Shown here in pieces: positions 40,104 through 50,408 of a stretch of DNA of 64,000 bases (positions are counted from its first letter, which is position 1; every line of letters begins with the position of its first letter). Under the pieces are notes generated by a model that was not told where the DNA came from, searched no databases, and was given only the letters and a program-made list of their open reading frames with translations. The stretch lies in contig CBDAOU010000001.1 of assembly GCA_965198185.1 (NCBI GenBank), forward strand, positions 302,013 through 366,012, written 5' to 3'. The translations under genes and the position numbers were made by a program. This DNA comes from Chloroflexota bacterium. Its GTDB lineage: Bacteria; Chloroflexota; UBA11872.

Positions 40104-40130
40104 CCGGCCAATCCGCGCCGCATCGAGCGG

Positions 40131-41084
40131 CTAGTCCTCATCCGCTTGGGGTTCGAGTAACGTCGCGGCTCCCTCGACGTAGGTCGGGTAGCGCAGCTCG
40201 ACGCCGAGCTCCCTTCGCACCTTTGCGTTCGAGGTCGGGTAGGAGCCGGTCACGAGGCCGAACAGGCTCGAAGAGATCGACGCCCTGGTGCGCGTTACGC
40301 TGGTGAAGCCTTCGTGCAGCTTCACCAGCCCCTGCACCACGAGCTTGGGCGACGACCGCGGCGGCCGCGCTCCGACTTGCGCCGCCAAGTACTCCAGGTA
40401 CTCGCGGGCCGGAACCGGGTCGTCATCCACCGCCAGGTACGCCTCGCCGGAGCGCCCGCGCAACGCGACGGCTTCGAGGATGGCGGCGGCGTCCTCGACG
40501 TGAATGCGGCTGGTCGGGTTCCTGCCGCCGCCGATGAGCCGCAGATTGCCGCCCCGCAGCGACTCGAGCGTCCCACCCCCAGGGCCGTAGACGGTCCCTG
40601 CCCGCACGATGCGCGCCGGAAATCCCTCCGTCTCGTGCTGCTCTTGCAGGAATTGCTCCGTTTCGACATTGAGTCGGCCCAGCCCGGTATTCGGTCGGAG
40701 CGGCGACGTTTCCGTCAGCGTGTCCCGCGACCCTGGGCCATATACGGCCATGGTGCTGCCATAGACGAACGAGGCAATCTCAGTCCCGCGCAGGGCGTCG
40801 ACGACGTTCATCACGCCACGAATCGTGCGCCGCTCCATGTCTTCCTTGCTGTCCGACACGCTGCGCATCACGTAGAAGACGTGATCGCCGTCCTGGCCGA
40901 GGGCTTCGAGCTCATCCGGGTCGCCCACGTCGGCGAGCTCGATGGAGATGCCGAGCTCGTCAAGCTCGGGCGCGGCGTCTTCGTGCTCGTCGATACCGCG
41001 GACATCCCAGCCTGCCGCCGCCAGCCGGCGCGCTAGGGCGCCGCCGGTGAAGCCGGTGATGCCGATGATGAGTCCGCTGGGCAT
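40131..41084 (-). CDS. NAD-dependent epimerase/dehydratase (SDR family)
   Basis: GITGFTGGALARRL Rossmann motif and YGSTMAVYG region. Confidence 0.75.
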   Translation of the reverse strand: MPSGLIIGITGFTGGALARRLAAAGWDVRGIDEHEDAAPELDELGISIELADVGDPDELEALGQDGDHVFYVMRSVSDSKEDMERRTIRGVMNVVDALRGTEIASFVYGSTMAVYGPGSRDTLTETSPLRPNTGLGRLNVETEQFLQEQHETEGFPARIVRAGTVYGPGGGTLESLRGGNLRLIGGGRNPTSRIHVEDAAAILEAVALRGRSGEAYLAVDDDPVPAREYLEYLAAQVGARPPRSSPKLVVQGLVKLHEGFTSVTRTRASISSSLFGLVTGSYPTSNAKVRRELGVELRYPTYVEGAATLLEPQADED

Positions 41085-41171
41085 GGTTTTGCCGGGAGAT
41101 TGGGCGGGCGCTACATCGTGACGCTACCGCTCGCGCCCATGCAAGCCGCCCGGAGCCGCTAGGCTTGCGGC

Positions 41172-42269
41172 ATGGGATCTTCGCGTGATCGCCTGCGCGT
41201 GGGCGTCATCTTCGGCGGCCGCTCGGGCGAGCATGAGGTTTCGCTGCGCTCCGCCGCGTTCGTGATGGACTCCCTCGACCGCGCCGACTACGACGTGGTG
41301 CCCATCGGCATCGGGAAACAGGGCGAGTGGCTCTTGGACGCCGATCCCATGCACCGGCTCAGCGCCGCTCCGGCCACCGATCCCGGCGCCGCGCTGCCGG
41401 TCACGCTGCCGACAGCGCGCCTGCCTGCCGCCACAAGAGCATCGGTTGGGAATCTCGACGTGGTGTTTCCGGTGCTCCACGGCACCTACGGCGAAGACGG
41501 CACGGTGCAGGGGCTGCTGGAGCTGGCCGACCTGCCCTACGTCGGATCAGGCGTCACGGGCTCGGCCGTGGCCATGGACAAGGGCTTGGCGAATGCGATT
41601 CTGCGCGACCACGGCTTGCCGGTTGGCTCCTGGCACGTCGTGCCCACGGCCGCGTGGCGGGCCGATTCGTCCGCCGTCCGCGCGGAGATCGAGGCCCGGC
41701 TGAGCTATCCGCTATTCGTCAAGCCCTGCAACTTGGGGAGCAGCGTGGGAGTTTCCAAGGTCAATCACGCCGGTGAGCTGGACGCCGCCATGGCCGCCGC
41801 CGCCGAATTCGACCGCCGCATCATCGTCGAGCAAGGCGTCCTGAACGCACGGGAGATCGAGGTCAGCATTCTCGGCAACGATGAGCCGGCGGCGTCGGTG
41901 TGCGGAGAGGTCGTTCCGGCGGGTGAGTTCTACGACTACGTCTCGAAGTACGAGGACGATCGATCGCAGGCCGTCGTCCCCGCCGACCTGCCACCGCAGC
42001 TTGCCGATCGCATCCGCGCGGACGCCGTGCGCGCCTTTCGCGCGCTGGATTGCTCCGGCTTCGCGCGAGTGGACTTTCTGGTCGACGCCGAGACGCTTGA
42101 GCCGGTGATCGGCGAGATCAACACCATCCCCGGATTCACCGAGATCAGCATGTTTCCCAAGCTATGGGCGGCCAGCGGCGTGCCCGCGCGAGAGCTGATG
42201 GACCGGCTGATCCGGCTGGCGCTCGAGCGTCATCGCGAACGCCGCAGCCTGCGTACGTCCTACACCTAG
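41172..42269 (+). CDS. ddl: D-alanine--D-alanine ligase
   Basis: RVGVIFGGRSGEHEVSL N-terminus and ATP-grasp core (FVKPCNLGSSVGVSKV; GEINTIPGFT). Confidence 0.9.
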   Translation: MGSSRDRLRVGVIFGGRSGEHEVSLRSAAFVMDSLDRADYDVVPIGIGKQGEWLLDADPMHRLSAAPATDPGAALPVTLPTARLPAATRASVGNLDVVFPVLHGTYGEDGTVQGLLELADLPYVGSGVTGSAVAMDKGLANAILRDHGLPVGSWHVVPTAAWRADSSAVRAEIEARLSYPLFVKPCNLGSSVGVSKVNHAGELDAAMAAAAEFDRRIIVEQGVLNAREIEVSILGNDEPAASVCGEVVPAGEFYDYVSKYEDDRSQAVVPADLPPQLADRIRADAVRAFRALDCSGFARVDFLVDAETLEPVIGEINTIPGFTEISMFPKLWAASGVPARELMDRLIRLALERHRERRSLRTSYT

Positions 42270-42279
42270 CGGACTGAGG

Positions 42280-43011
42280 CTAGAGGCCGGTCATCTCGCG
42301 GAGCTTGGCCACCGTGAAGCCGGGCTGCTGCGCAAACTCCTTGCGCCCGGCCTCGAAGTCGAGAACCTGACGCGACGCTTCCGCGAGCTCGCCCGTCACT
42401 TCGTCCGGGATCACCACCACGCCGTTCTCATCGGCATGCACGAGATCGCCGGTCTTTATCGGCGTGCCGTCGATGATCACCGGCTGGCCCGGCTCCAAGC
42501 ACACCGACGTGCCGTGAGACACGGTCACGCCGCGGGCGAAGTACTGGACGCCAATCTCGCGCACCTCGGAGAGATCCCGCACGCATCCATCGGTGACGAC
42601 GGCCACGCCGCCCAGTGCCTTGAAAGTGGTTGCCATGACGTCGCCGAAATGGCAGGACTTGGCCGGATTGTTACCAGCGTCCTGGATCACCAGGATTGTT
42701 GGGCTCGGTGAGCGCTCCACCAGCTCCCACAAATCCATCTGCCCCGAGGGATTGCGCTGGCGCCCGTGGGTCGTGCTATCGCCCTTCACCGTCACGGCGT
42801 AGCCCACGACGGCCTCGCCGACCTCCGGGAACAGACAGCGCACGTCGCTGCCCAGGTATCCCTCGGTCCTGTCGCGAACGTTGAACTCTTCGATCGCGTT
42901 GGCGATCGTGGCTGAATCGATCTGGCGCAGCTCTTCGAGCTGTTCGGGCGTCAAGTTGACGGCCAAGGCGCACCTCGTGGCGTCCTTCACACGCGGGGCA
43001 AACCGTACCAC
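42280..43011 (-). CDS. RraA-like protein (RNase E regulator / 4-hydroxy-4-methyl-2-oxoglutarate aldolase family)
   Basis: GDVMATTFKALGGVAVVTDGCVRD signature. Confidence 0.7.
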   Translation of the reverse strand: MVRFAPRVKDATRCALAVNLTPEQLEELRQIDSATIANAIEEFNVRDRTEGYLGSDVRCLFPEVGEAVVGYAVTVKGDSTTHGRQRNPSGQMDLWELVERSPSPTILVIQDAGNNPAKSCHFGDVMATTFKALGGVAVVTDGCVRDLSEVREIGVQYFARGVTVSHGTSVCLEPGQPVIIDGTPIKTGDLVHADENGVVVIPDEVTGELAEASRQVLDFEAGRKEFAQQPGFTVAKLREMTGL

Positions 43012-43104
43012 GGACCTGTCGGATCGCCGGGTCCCGTATTGCGCTTAGGTCGCCAACAGCCTGGCGCTAGGGCGAGTCTCGCCGCGGGACGGTGGCTGAA
43101 CCGC

Positions 43105-43908
43105 TTACCCAAGCTCCTGCGATCGGCGGTAGGCCGCGGCCACGGCGGCGAGGAACGCCGCGCGCAGGTCCCGCTCGTCGAATACGTCGAGCGCGGCGGC
43201 CGTGGTGCCGCCGGGCGAGGTGACGGCATGCCGCAAGGCCGCCGCGCTCATGTCTCCGGCGTTCCAGAGCTCGGCCGATCCGACGAGGGTCTCCCGAACC
43301 AGCGTTGTGGCCAGTTCCCGATCGAGCCCGATCGAGACGGCGGCGTCGATCCACGCCTCGGCAACCAGATAGACATAGGCCGGGCCGCTGCCGTGCACCG
43401 CCGTGGCCGCGTCGAGCATGAGCTCGGCGTGGACCTCGATCTCGGTTCCGAACGATCCCAAGATCTGTTGGGTACGCCGGCGGTCGGCATCGTCAACGCC
43501 GCCGCCCGCCATCCATACCGTCATGCCGCGCCCGATCTGGGCCGGTGTATTCGGCATTGCGCGAACGACGCGAGACGTACCCAGCGCCGCTTCCATGGTT
43601 TCCAGGCGCACCCCGGCCATGATCGAGATCACCAGTTGCGTCGGCGCCAGCGCGGGCCGCAGGACTTCCGCAACACTTGGGAACGACTGCGGCTTCACGG
43701 CGAGCACCAGCACCTGCGCGCCGGCCACGTCTTGCGGCAGCCCCTGGCCGGCGGTTGCGCCAGTCGCCGCCACCACCGCCTCGCGACGCGCATCGTCGAT
43801 CTCGCTCACGACGATTGACGCGGCGGGCACCGTGCCGCTGGCAGCCAGGGCGGATACAACCGCACCGCCCATCGCCCCGGCTCCGATGACGGTGACGCGC
43901 TCGCTCAC
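43105..43908 (-). CDS. proC: pyrroline-5-carboxylate reductase
   Basis: VTVIGAGAMGGA Rossmann start, KPQ and SPGGTT motifs. GTG start at 43908 chosen; the longer ORF start at 44088 would overlap comEC. Confidence 0.8.
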   Translation of the reverse strand: MSERVTVIGAGAMGGAVVSALAASGTVPAASIVVSEIDDARREAVVAATGATAGQGLPQDVAGAQVLVLAVKPQSFPSVAEVLRPALAPTQLVISIMAGVRLETMEAALGTSRVVRAMPNTPAQIGRGMTVWMAGGGVDDADRRRTQQILGSFGTEIEVHAELMLDAATAVHGSGPAYVYLVAEAWIDAAVSIGLDRELATTLVRETLVGSAELWNAGDMSAAALRHAVTSPGGTTAAALDVFDERDLRAAFLAAVAAAYRRSQELG

Positions 43909-43972
43909 TGGTCGCGACCTCAAAGCAAAACCCAAGTTGGCGATCCTACCTGCTGCATGGCCTGGGCAAGAC

Positions 43973-46201
43973 TCAGCGCCGGACCTCGATGGTTCCAAGA
44001 TCGGCGCGAACTCGGGCGCTTCCAACAAGCCGGGCGGTATCGGACGGGTTTTCGGGAAGCACAACGTCCCCGTCCTCATCCACGGCACGCGCCACTATTT
44101 CGGGGAGTCGCGGATGTGGGGCGATCACGACCGCGACGCCCGCATCGCGCAAGACGGACGCGGGTATGGAACCGAGTGTTGTTGATCGACCAAACACCAG
44201 CACGTCCGCCTGCAACGCCGCCGGCAGGGAAGGCTGCGACACCGTCGGCGGTGCGATGGCGAACGCCGCGTCGCCGGACCTCACCAGCACCCAGGCGCCG
44301 CCGTCGACCGCAATGATCTCGGTTTCCAGATCGCCAGTGGTGCGACGCGGGTCCGCGGTGACGGGTGCGCGGCCGGCGAGGTCGGGCGCGACCAGGTGCG
44401 CCCCGAGCGCGTGGGCGGGAGGCGCCTGCACCACGGTCACGTCGCGGGTGCCAACGAGGTCGAGGGCCATGTGCGAGAGATCGCCGCCTGACGAAGCGAT
44501 GGCCAGGTTGTCGATCTGGAGGTCCCAGCGCGGCAGGGCGCGGTCAAGCAGCAATCGATCCAGGCGGCTTCCCGCGACGACCACCCGATCATCGCCCTTC
44601 CTGACGTAGACCGTGGGAGCACGCCCGGAGAGGTCGACCGTGGCCAACGTGGCGCCGTCGTCAAATAGGCGAGGCATGCCCGCGACCGCCATCACCGGTG
44701 GTGCGACGAGGGCCGCGAGCGCGACGCCGTACACCGCGCGCCGGGGGAGGAACAGATTCCCGACGCGCGAGCGAACGAGATGCGGCGGTGGGCGTCCAAG
44801 CAGGACCAGCGCCGCGCCGATGCAGAGATACGAGGCCAGCGCCTGCGGGAAGTCGAATCCGGTGGTCGCGAGGGAGGCGCCCGGCAACTGCGCGGCCAGC
44901 CGCCCCGCCTGAATCAAGTACTCAAGCGGCAGCCAGGCGGCCCATCCGACGACATCGACCGCCGGCCATCCGGCGGAGGCCCAGATGGCGACCGGCGCAC
45001 CGGTGGCCATGATGGCGGCCGGCGATGCCAGCGCCAGCAGATTGGCCGGCACCGCCATGAGCTGAAAGCGCTCGAACGTATGCGCAATGATCGGGGTCAC
45101 CATCAGACTTGCGGCCACGGTGGTGGCGAGCAGCTCGGCGCTCCACCTGGGGAATCGGACGCGCTCGGTGAGCACGCTCGAAAGTCGAGGCGCGATCACG
45201 ATCAGGCCCAGCGTGCCGGCGAATGACAGTTGGAACCCAACGTCGCCCAGCGCCTGTGGCTGCACCAGCGCCATGCCGGCTCCCGCCAGCCCAAGGACGG
45301 TCAGGGTGTCGGCGTCGCGCCCGATGATCCAGGCCAGGAGCACCAGGTCGCCCATGATGGCCGCGCGAACCACGCCGGGCTCGGCGCCGGCCAACACGGC
45401 GTAGAGCGGCAGCAGCACAGCTGCGAGGCCGACCCCATAACGGCCCAGGGCCCATCCGGCGAGCCGTCGCACCCAGAGCGCGATCAACGTGATGTTGAAG
45501 CCGGAAATGGCGACGATGTGAATCAAGCCCGAGGTCAGAAAGTCGTCGCGCAGCTCGTCGGGCAGCCGCTGGCGGATGCCCACGAGCATGGCCGAGAGCA
45601 GGGAGGCGTGCGGCTCGGGCAGCGCCGAGCGAATGCTGGCATCGACATGTTGGCGCAGTCGCAGCAGCCCCGGCGGATCGGCCGCCGTGCCGGCCTCGAT
45701 TACCGTCAACTGCGGATCGTCGAGCGTCCCTGCCCAGGTGTCGGAGTGCCCGGAAAGAGCGTTGGCGGCGCGCGGATGCGCCGGCACGAACACGCCGCTG
45801 ACCGCCACCCGCGCGTTGGGCAACGCCAGTGCCCGTGGAACGAAGACTTGCACGCGTCCTGCCGCCGGCCGTGGCTCCTCTTTCTCGCCATCGACGACCG
45901 CTTCTACCTGGAGCGTTCGGCGAGGCCCTGGCGCGTCGTCCACGACGGTTGCGATGACCGTGAGCGTTGTGCCGGCGGGCGCTTGCACTACGGGTGGCTG
46001 CGAGGCCACGTGATGTCCGCCGCGCGCCAAGCCAAGCGCCAGCGCGGCCAGGACCGCACCCATCAGCAATGGACGGCGCCCCGTGGCGGCCGCACCCGCT
46101 CCAACGACCGCCAGCGCGATGATCGCCCAGGCGGGCGCGGGGCCCCACCAAGCCGCCAGGGCAATGCCAAGCAGGATCGCCGCGGCCAGCCAGGCCGTCA
46201 C
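43973..46201 (-). CDS. comEC: DNA internalization-related competence protein ComEC/Rec2
   Basis: Competence domain (LIHIVAISGFNITLIALWV) and C-terminal MBL domain. 742 aa. Confidence 0.85.
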   Translation of the reverse strand: MTAWLAAAILLGIALAAWWGPAPAWAIIALAVVGAGAAATGRRPLLMGAVLAALALGLARGGHHVASQPPVVQAPAGTTLTVIATVVDDAPGPRRTLQVEAVVDGEKEEPRPAAGRVQVFVPRALALPNARVAVSGVFVPAHPRAANALSGHSDTWAGTLDDPQLTVIEAGTAADPPGLLRLRQHVDASIRSALPEPHASLLSAMLVGIRQRLPDELRDDFLTSGLIHIVAISGFNITLIALWVRRLAGWALGRYGVGLAAVLLPLYAVLAGAEPGVVRAAIMGDLVLLAWIIGRDADTLTVLGLAGAGMALVQPQALGDVGFQLSFAGTLGLIVIAPRLSSVLTERVRFPRWSAELLATTVAASLMVTPIIAHTFERFQLMAVPANLLALASPAAIMATGAPVAIWASAGWPAVDVVGWAAWLPLEYLIQAGRLAAQLPGASLATTGFDFPQALASYLCIGAALVLLGRPPPHLVRSRVGNLFLPRRAVYGVALAALVAPPVMAVAGMPRLFDDGATLATVDLSGRAPTVYVRKGDDRVVVAGSRLDRLLLDRALPRWDLQIDNLAIASSGGDLSHMALDLVGTRDVTVVQAPPAHALGAHLVAPDLAGRAPVTADPRRTTGDLETEIIAVDGGAWVLVRSGDAAFAIAPPTVSQPSLPAALQADVLVFGRSTTLGSIPASVLRDAGVAVVIAPHPRLPEIVARAVDEDGDVVLPENPSDTARLVGSARVRADLGTIEVRR

Positions 46202-46602
46202 GGATCGACCGGCACTTGTGAGCGGAGCTGTTCCACCACGCGCGCGGGAATGCCGAGGTCGACGAGCGTCTGCGCCTCGGTGACGGGGCCAAACAGGCGG
46301 CGGTGAGTCGTGATCCGCTCCGCGTACAAGGGGCCGATGCCGGGTAGCCGATCGGCCAGCTCATCGACGGATGCGGTGTTAATCCACTGGAGTGCCCTGG
46401 CCGAAAGCTCGACTGCCGGGGGCGATTGCACGGCCGAAGGCTGAGCGAGTTCCGGCAGGGCGCTGGGTGTCAGGACCGCCAGCGCCACTGCGGCGGGCGC
46501 GAGGAGCACGCCAAGCCAGCGATAGACCCGCAGCTGCGACCGCGACTCGCCGCGGTCAAGCCGGTCGTCCGAGCCAGGCGCCTGCCCCGACGTGTTCGGC
46601 AA
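46198..46602 (-). CDS. comEA: competence protein ComEA (TM anchor + helix-hairpin-helix DNA-binding)
   Basis: C-terminal INTASVDELADRLPGIGPLYAERI...LVDLGIPARVVEQL HhH pair. TM helix WLGVLLAPAAVALAVL. Start uncertain: TTG at 46602, one nt after the moeA stop. Overlaps the comEC start (ATGA). Confidence 0.65.
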   Translation of the reverse strand: MPNTSGQAPGSDDRLDRGESRSQLRVYRWLGVLLAPAAVALAVLTPSALPELAQPSAVQSPPAVELSARALQWINTASVDELADRLPGIGPLYAERITTHRRLFGPVTEAQTLVDLGIPARVVEQLRSQVPVDP

Positions 46603-46603
46603 G

Positions 46604-48613
46604 CTAGGGCAGCGCTTCGCGCGTCGGCGACTGCGGGAGTTCGGCGGCAACGTGCCCCATCCGCGACGTGTCGTAGCCGCCCATGGCCTCGACCTGACGC
46701 GCAAATGCGGGCTCGCGCAGCACCGCCAGCACGGGCCGCAGCACGGGTGATTCGTAGTGCTCCCGGGGGATGACGAGGTCGTAGCGCTCTTCGAGCAGCG
46801 GGATGAAATCGAGGTCCAGCGCCCGAGCCGCGGCCAGCACGCCAAGCCCGGCGTCCGCGCCGCCGGCGGCCACCTCGGCGGCCACCGCGACGTGGGTGTA
46901 CAGCTCGCGTTCGTAGCCGCCAATTGCCGCGCCGGCAAGACCTCGGCGCTTCAGTTCGTAGTCCAACAACATCCGCGTGCCCGAGCCTCGCTGCCGGTTC
47001 ACGAACACCACACCGTCGCGCAGCAAATCCTCGATGGCACGGATACCGAGGGGATTCCCCGGAGCGACCATGAGTCCCTGCTGCCGGTGGGCGAACGTCA
47101 CGAGGAGGACATCGCGTCCGGGAAGGATGCGCTGGACGTCCGCGACGTTGTAGGTGCCGGTGGCCGGATCGATCAGGTGGCATCCGGCCGCATGCGCATT
47201 GTTCCGGCGCAGCGCCACCAGCCCACCCTGACTCCCGACGTTGGTCGATGCCACGGTCGCCGGGGCAAACCGCCGGTGGACCTCGTTTGCCAGGAGGTCG
47301 AGGGCGGGGTCATGGCTGCCGATGATCACTGCCGTGTGGCGTACGGCGCCCGGATCGGTGAGCAGCTCCACGTCCACGGACGATCCGGCCGTCAACCCCT
47401 CGGACATCCGCGGGATGCGGATGATCCCGTCGGCGCGCACCATCGAGGTGATCATGCCGGCCCCGCGTGCGAGCGGCGCGGCGATGGTGCGCGCCCCGAC
47501 ACGCCCGAGCTTCACGCGCACGAACTCGTCGTCGCCCATGGGCGACACGACGGCCCGCGGAACCACCGCCGCAAGCGTTGGGCGTCGCCGTCGCTGACGC
47601 CCGAGCCTGGCGTCGATGAGCGGCGCCACGAAGAGCTCCATCGCCAGCGACGCGGAAACGGGATACCCCGGAATTCCAACGACGGCGCGGCCGCGCGCGA
47701 GGCCCAGAACCACCGGGTGACCCGGGCGAATCGCCACGCCGTGGACGAATACCTCGCCGAGTTCGGCAACGACGCGTGCTGTGAAGTCTTCGGACCCGGC
47801 AGACGAGCCGGCGTTGATCACCACGATGTCGGCGCGGTCAAGCGCCGCATCCACCGCCGCTCGGAGGCGCGCGAAATCGTCGGGTATCGGCGACGACCGC
47901 TCGGCGTCCGCGCCCCACTCGCGGGCAGTCGCCGCCAGCATGAGCGAGTTCGAGTCCACGATCTGGCCCGGCCCAGCCGCCGCTCCCGGCGGCACCAACT
48001 CCGAGCCGGTGGGGAGGACTACGACGCGCGGGGGCTGGCGCACGTCGAGCGATGCGTGGCCTGCGGCGGCGGCGGCGGCGATGTCCACGGGGCGGAGCGT
48101 GTGCGCGGCCGGCAGCACCAACTCAGTCGCCACGATGTCCTCGCCCAGCGGGCGGACGTGTTGCCACGGCGCGACGGCGGCCATGATCTCGACGCTGCCG
48201 CCGCCGATGTCGTGCAGATCCTCGGCCATCACCACGGCGTCCATGCCCGGCGGTATGGCGTCGCCCGTGTCGATCCACACCGCGTCTCGGTCCAACCGAA
48301 GATGCAGCGGCGAGGTGGGCGACGCGCCGCGAGTCGACGCTGCCGCAACCGCGATGCCATCCATGGCGGCGGCGTGGTAGTGGGGATTCGACGTGCGCGC
48401 CCACACTGCTGCCGCCGTCACCCGGCCAACGGCTTCTTCCAGGGGCACGGCAACGGCCGGGCCCGGCGCCAGCGCGCCCGCGCCGCGCAGCGCCTCGTGG
48501 AATCGCGTCCGCGCCTCGTCGAGCGGCACGTCCCGCAGATAGGGAACGCGGTGGTCGCTCTGAAGCGGAGCGTCTCGCCTGGGTCGCTCGCCCGATACGC
48601 GGGGCGCGGTCAT
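46604..48613 (-). CDS. moeA: molybdopterin molybdotransferase MoeA fused to a C-terminal periplasmic-binding-protein-like domain
   Basis: MoeA core (AAMDGIAV; GIPGYPVSA), then a ~250-aa PBP-like extension (IIGSHDPALDLL...). Confidence 0.75.
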   Translation of the reverse strand: MTAPRVSGERPRRDAPLQSDHRVPYLRDVPLDEARTRFHEALRGAGALAPGPAVAVPLEEAVGRVTAAAVWARTSNPHYHAAAMDGIAVAAASTRGASPTSPLHLRLDRDAVWIDTGDAIPPGMDAVVMAEDLHDIGGGSVEIMAAVAPWQHVRPLGEDIVATELVLPAAHTLRPVDIAAAAAAGHASLDVRQPPRVVVLPTGSELVPPGAAAGPGQIVDSNSLMLAATAREWGADAERSSPIPDDFARLRAAVDAALDRADIVVINAGSSAGSEDFTARVVAELGEVFVHGVAIRPGHPVVLGLARGRAVVGIPGYPVSASLAMELFVAPLIDARLGRQRRRRPTLAAVVPRAVVSPMGDDEFVRVKLGRVGARTIAAPLARGAGMITSMVRADGIIRIPRMSEGLTAGSSVDVELLTDPGAVRHTAVIIGSHDPALDLLANEVHRRFAPATVASTNVGSQGGLVALRRNNAHAAGCHLIDPATGTYNVADVQRILPGRDVLLVTFAHRQQGLMVAPGNPLGIRAIEDLLRDGVVFVNRQRGSGTRMLLDYELKRRGLAGAAIGGYERELYTHVAVAAEVAAGGADAGLGVLAAARALDLDFIPLLEERYDLVIPREHYESPVLRPVLAVLREPAFARQVEAMGGYDTSRMGHVAAELPQSPTREALP

Positions 48614-49848
48614 GACAGCCGGCGGATATCGACCGACGCGCCGGCCGGAAGACCGTTGGCATCGGCCGGAATCCGGATCAGGGCGTCGGCGCGCACGAGC
48701 GTGAAGATGAGGTTCGATGCGCCAAAGATGGGGTCTGCCCAGGTGGAGCCGTCACGCTCGGCGAGGCGCGCCGGGATGAAGTCGACGCGGCCCGCCGTGG
48801 AAGCCACGTTGCGAGCCAGCCGCGCACGCAGCGGCGGTTCGGTGCTGTCGGCCGGTGCACCTTGAAGGCGGCGGATCGTCGGCGCCACCAGCAGGTCGAA
48901 AACCACCAGCGCGGACACCGGATTGCCAGGCAGGCCGAACACCGGCGTGCCGTCGGCCAACGCCACAATCGACGGCTTGCCGGGCTTGAGGGCCAGACCA
49001 TGCGCCAAGATGCCGGGCGACCCCAGCGATCCAATCACGTCCGCCGTGTGATCGCGCGTGCTCACGGAGCTGCCGGCGCTGATCACGACCATGTCGCACT
49101 CCGCTTGCGCTTCCCGCGCGGCGCTGCGCAACGCCGAACGCACATCGGGCACGATGCCGTAGGCCCGGGCCACGCCACCGGCACGCTCCACCTCCACGGC
49201 AAGCGTGGTCGAGTTCACATCCCGGACTTCGCCGGGTTCCGGCGTTTGGTTGGGCGGCACGATCTCGTCGCCGGTCGCGATCAGCCCCACGACGGGTGCT
49301 TGGGCAATCGGGACGTGCGTCACGCCGAGCGCGGCCAGCCCGCCAAGGTCCTGTGATCGCAGGCGCGTGCCCTGGGGAACGACCACGGCGCCCTCGGCCA
49401 CATCATCGCCGCGCTGGATCACCGCATCTCGGACAGCGACGGGCCGCATGACCTCGATCATGCCGTCATCGATCCACTCGGTGTGCTCAACCATCACGAC
49501 CGCGTCGCTGCCTGCCGGCAACATGCCGCCGGTGTGGATCACCATGGCCTCGCCGGGCGAAATGCCACGCCTCGGCGGCGCGCCCATCGGCACCTCGCCG
49601 GCCACGGCGAGGGCGGCGGGCAAGGCCTCGGTCGCGCCAAACGTGTCCGACGCGCGCACGGCGAAGCCGTCCATCAGCGACCGGTCGAAGGGTGGACTGG
49701 GCTCGAGCGCGCGCACAGCGCACGCCGCGACACGACCGGCAGCGGCCGCGAGCGCCGCAGTTTCCACGCGCGGCTCCGGCAAGCCGGCTTCGAGGAGCCG
49801 CTCCAGCGCCGTTTCGGGCGGGACGACGTCGAACAGCTCAGTTGCCAT
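48610..49848 (-). CDS. moeA: molybdopterin molybdotransferase MoeA (second paralog)
   Basis: 412 aa from MATELFDVV. SLMDGFAV and GLPGNPVSA motifs. 4-bp overlap with the downstream moeA-PBP gene. Confidence 0.85.
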   Translation of the reverse strand: MATELFDVVPPETALERLLEAGLPEPRVETAALAAAAGRVAACAVRALEPSPPFDRSLMDGFAVRASDTFGATEALPAALAVAGEVPMGAPPRRGISPGEAMVIHTGGMLPAGSDAVVMVEHTEWIDDGMIEVMRPVAVRDAVIQRGDDVAEGAVVVPQGTRLRSQDLGGLAALGVTHVPIAQAPVVGLIATGDEIVPPNQTPEPGEVRDVNSTTLAVEVERAGGVARAYGIVPDVRSALRSAAREAQAECDMVVISAGSSVSTRDHTADVIGSLGSPGILAHGLALKPGKPSIVALADGTPVFGLPGNPVSALVVFDLLVAPTIRRLQGAPADSTEPPLRARLARNVASTAGRVDFIPARLAERDGSTWADPIFGASNLIFTLVRADALIRIPADANGLPAGASVDIRRLS

Positions 49849-50408
49849 GCCCGCGGCCCGTTTCAGCTGACGCCGGTGTGCTTGATTCTGTCGCGCGGGC
49901 GGCGCGGCGTCCACGCCGGCCCACCCTATACTCGGGCGCCGTTCACCGATGGCTAGGCTGATGTCCGACGCGCCGCAGTCTCGTGACGATCCCCGGGCGG
50001 CGGCCTCGCTTGATTTCGGTGAGGTTACGGTCGAGGTATCCGTGTGGCGCGGCACTTCCACCTGGCGCGCTGCCGTGCAGGTTGGCCGGCGTGAAGTTTT
50101 AGTCATGGATGCCGCGAGTCGCGACGACGCCCTCACCCGCCTGCGCGAGAGCCTGCTTGCCAACGCGGAAGTGGCCCGTGCGCTCGGGCTCGCGCCGAAG
50201 AGGCGTTGGTCGGCCAATCCGTATTGGAAGGGCCGCTAGCCGCGCGAGAGGCCGAGCAAGGTTTCGGCGACTCACTCTGTTTGGCCGGGAGCCGCTGCGC
50301 TACAATTTGGCGCTAACGAAGCCTTTCACCGGCTGATCCGCGCGACGGGCTCTGATATTGCCCGCGCGCCTTTCCCACACGGCTCACACAAGCAGGAGGC
50401 TGCCGAGT

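Noticed and set aside
50230-50408. CIRCE/HrcA operator upstream of groEL
   Set aside because: I could not find the TTAGCACTC-N9-GAGTGCTAA inverted repeat, even allowing a few mismatches. Only a sigma70-like -35/-10 pair was seen.
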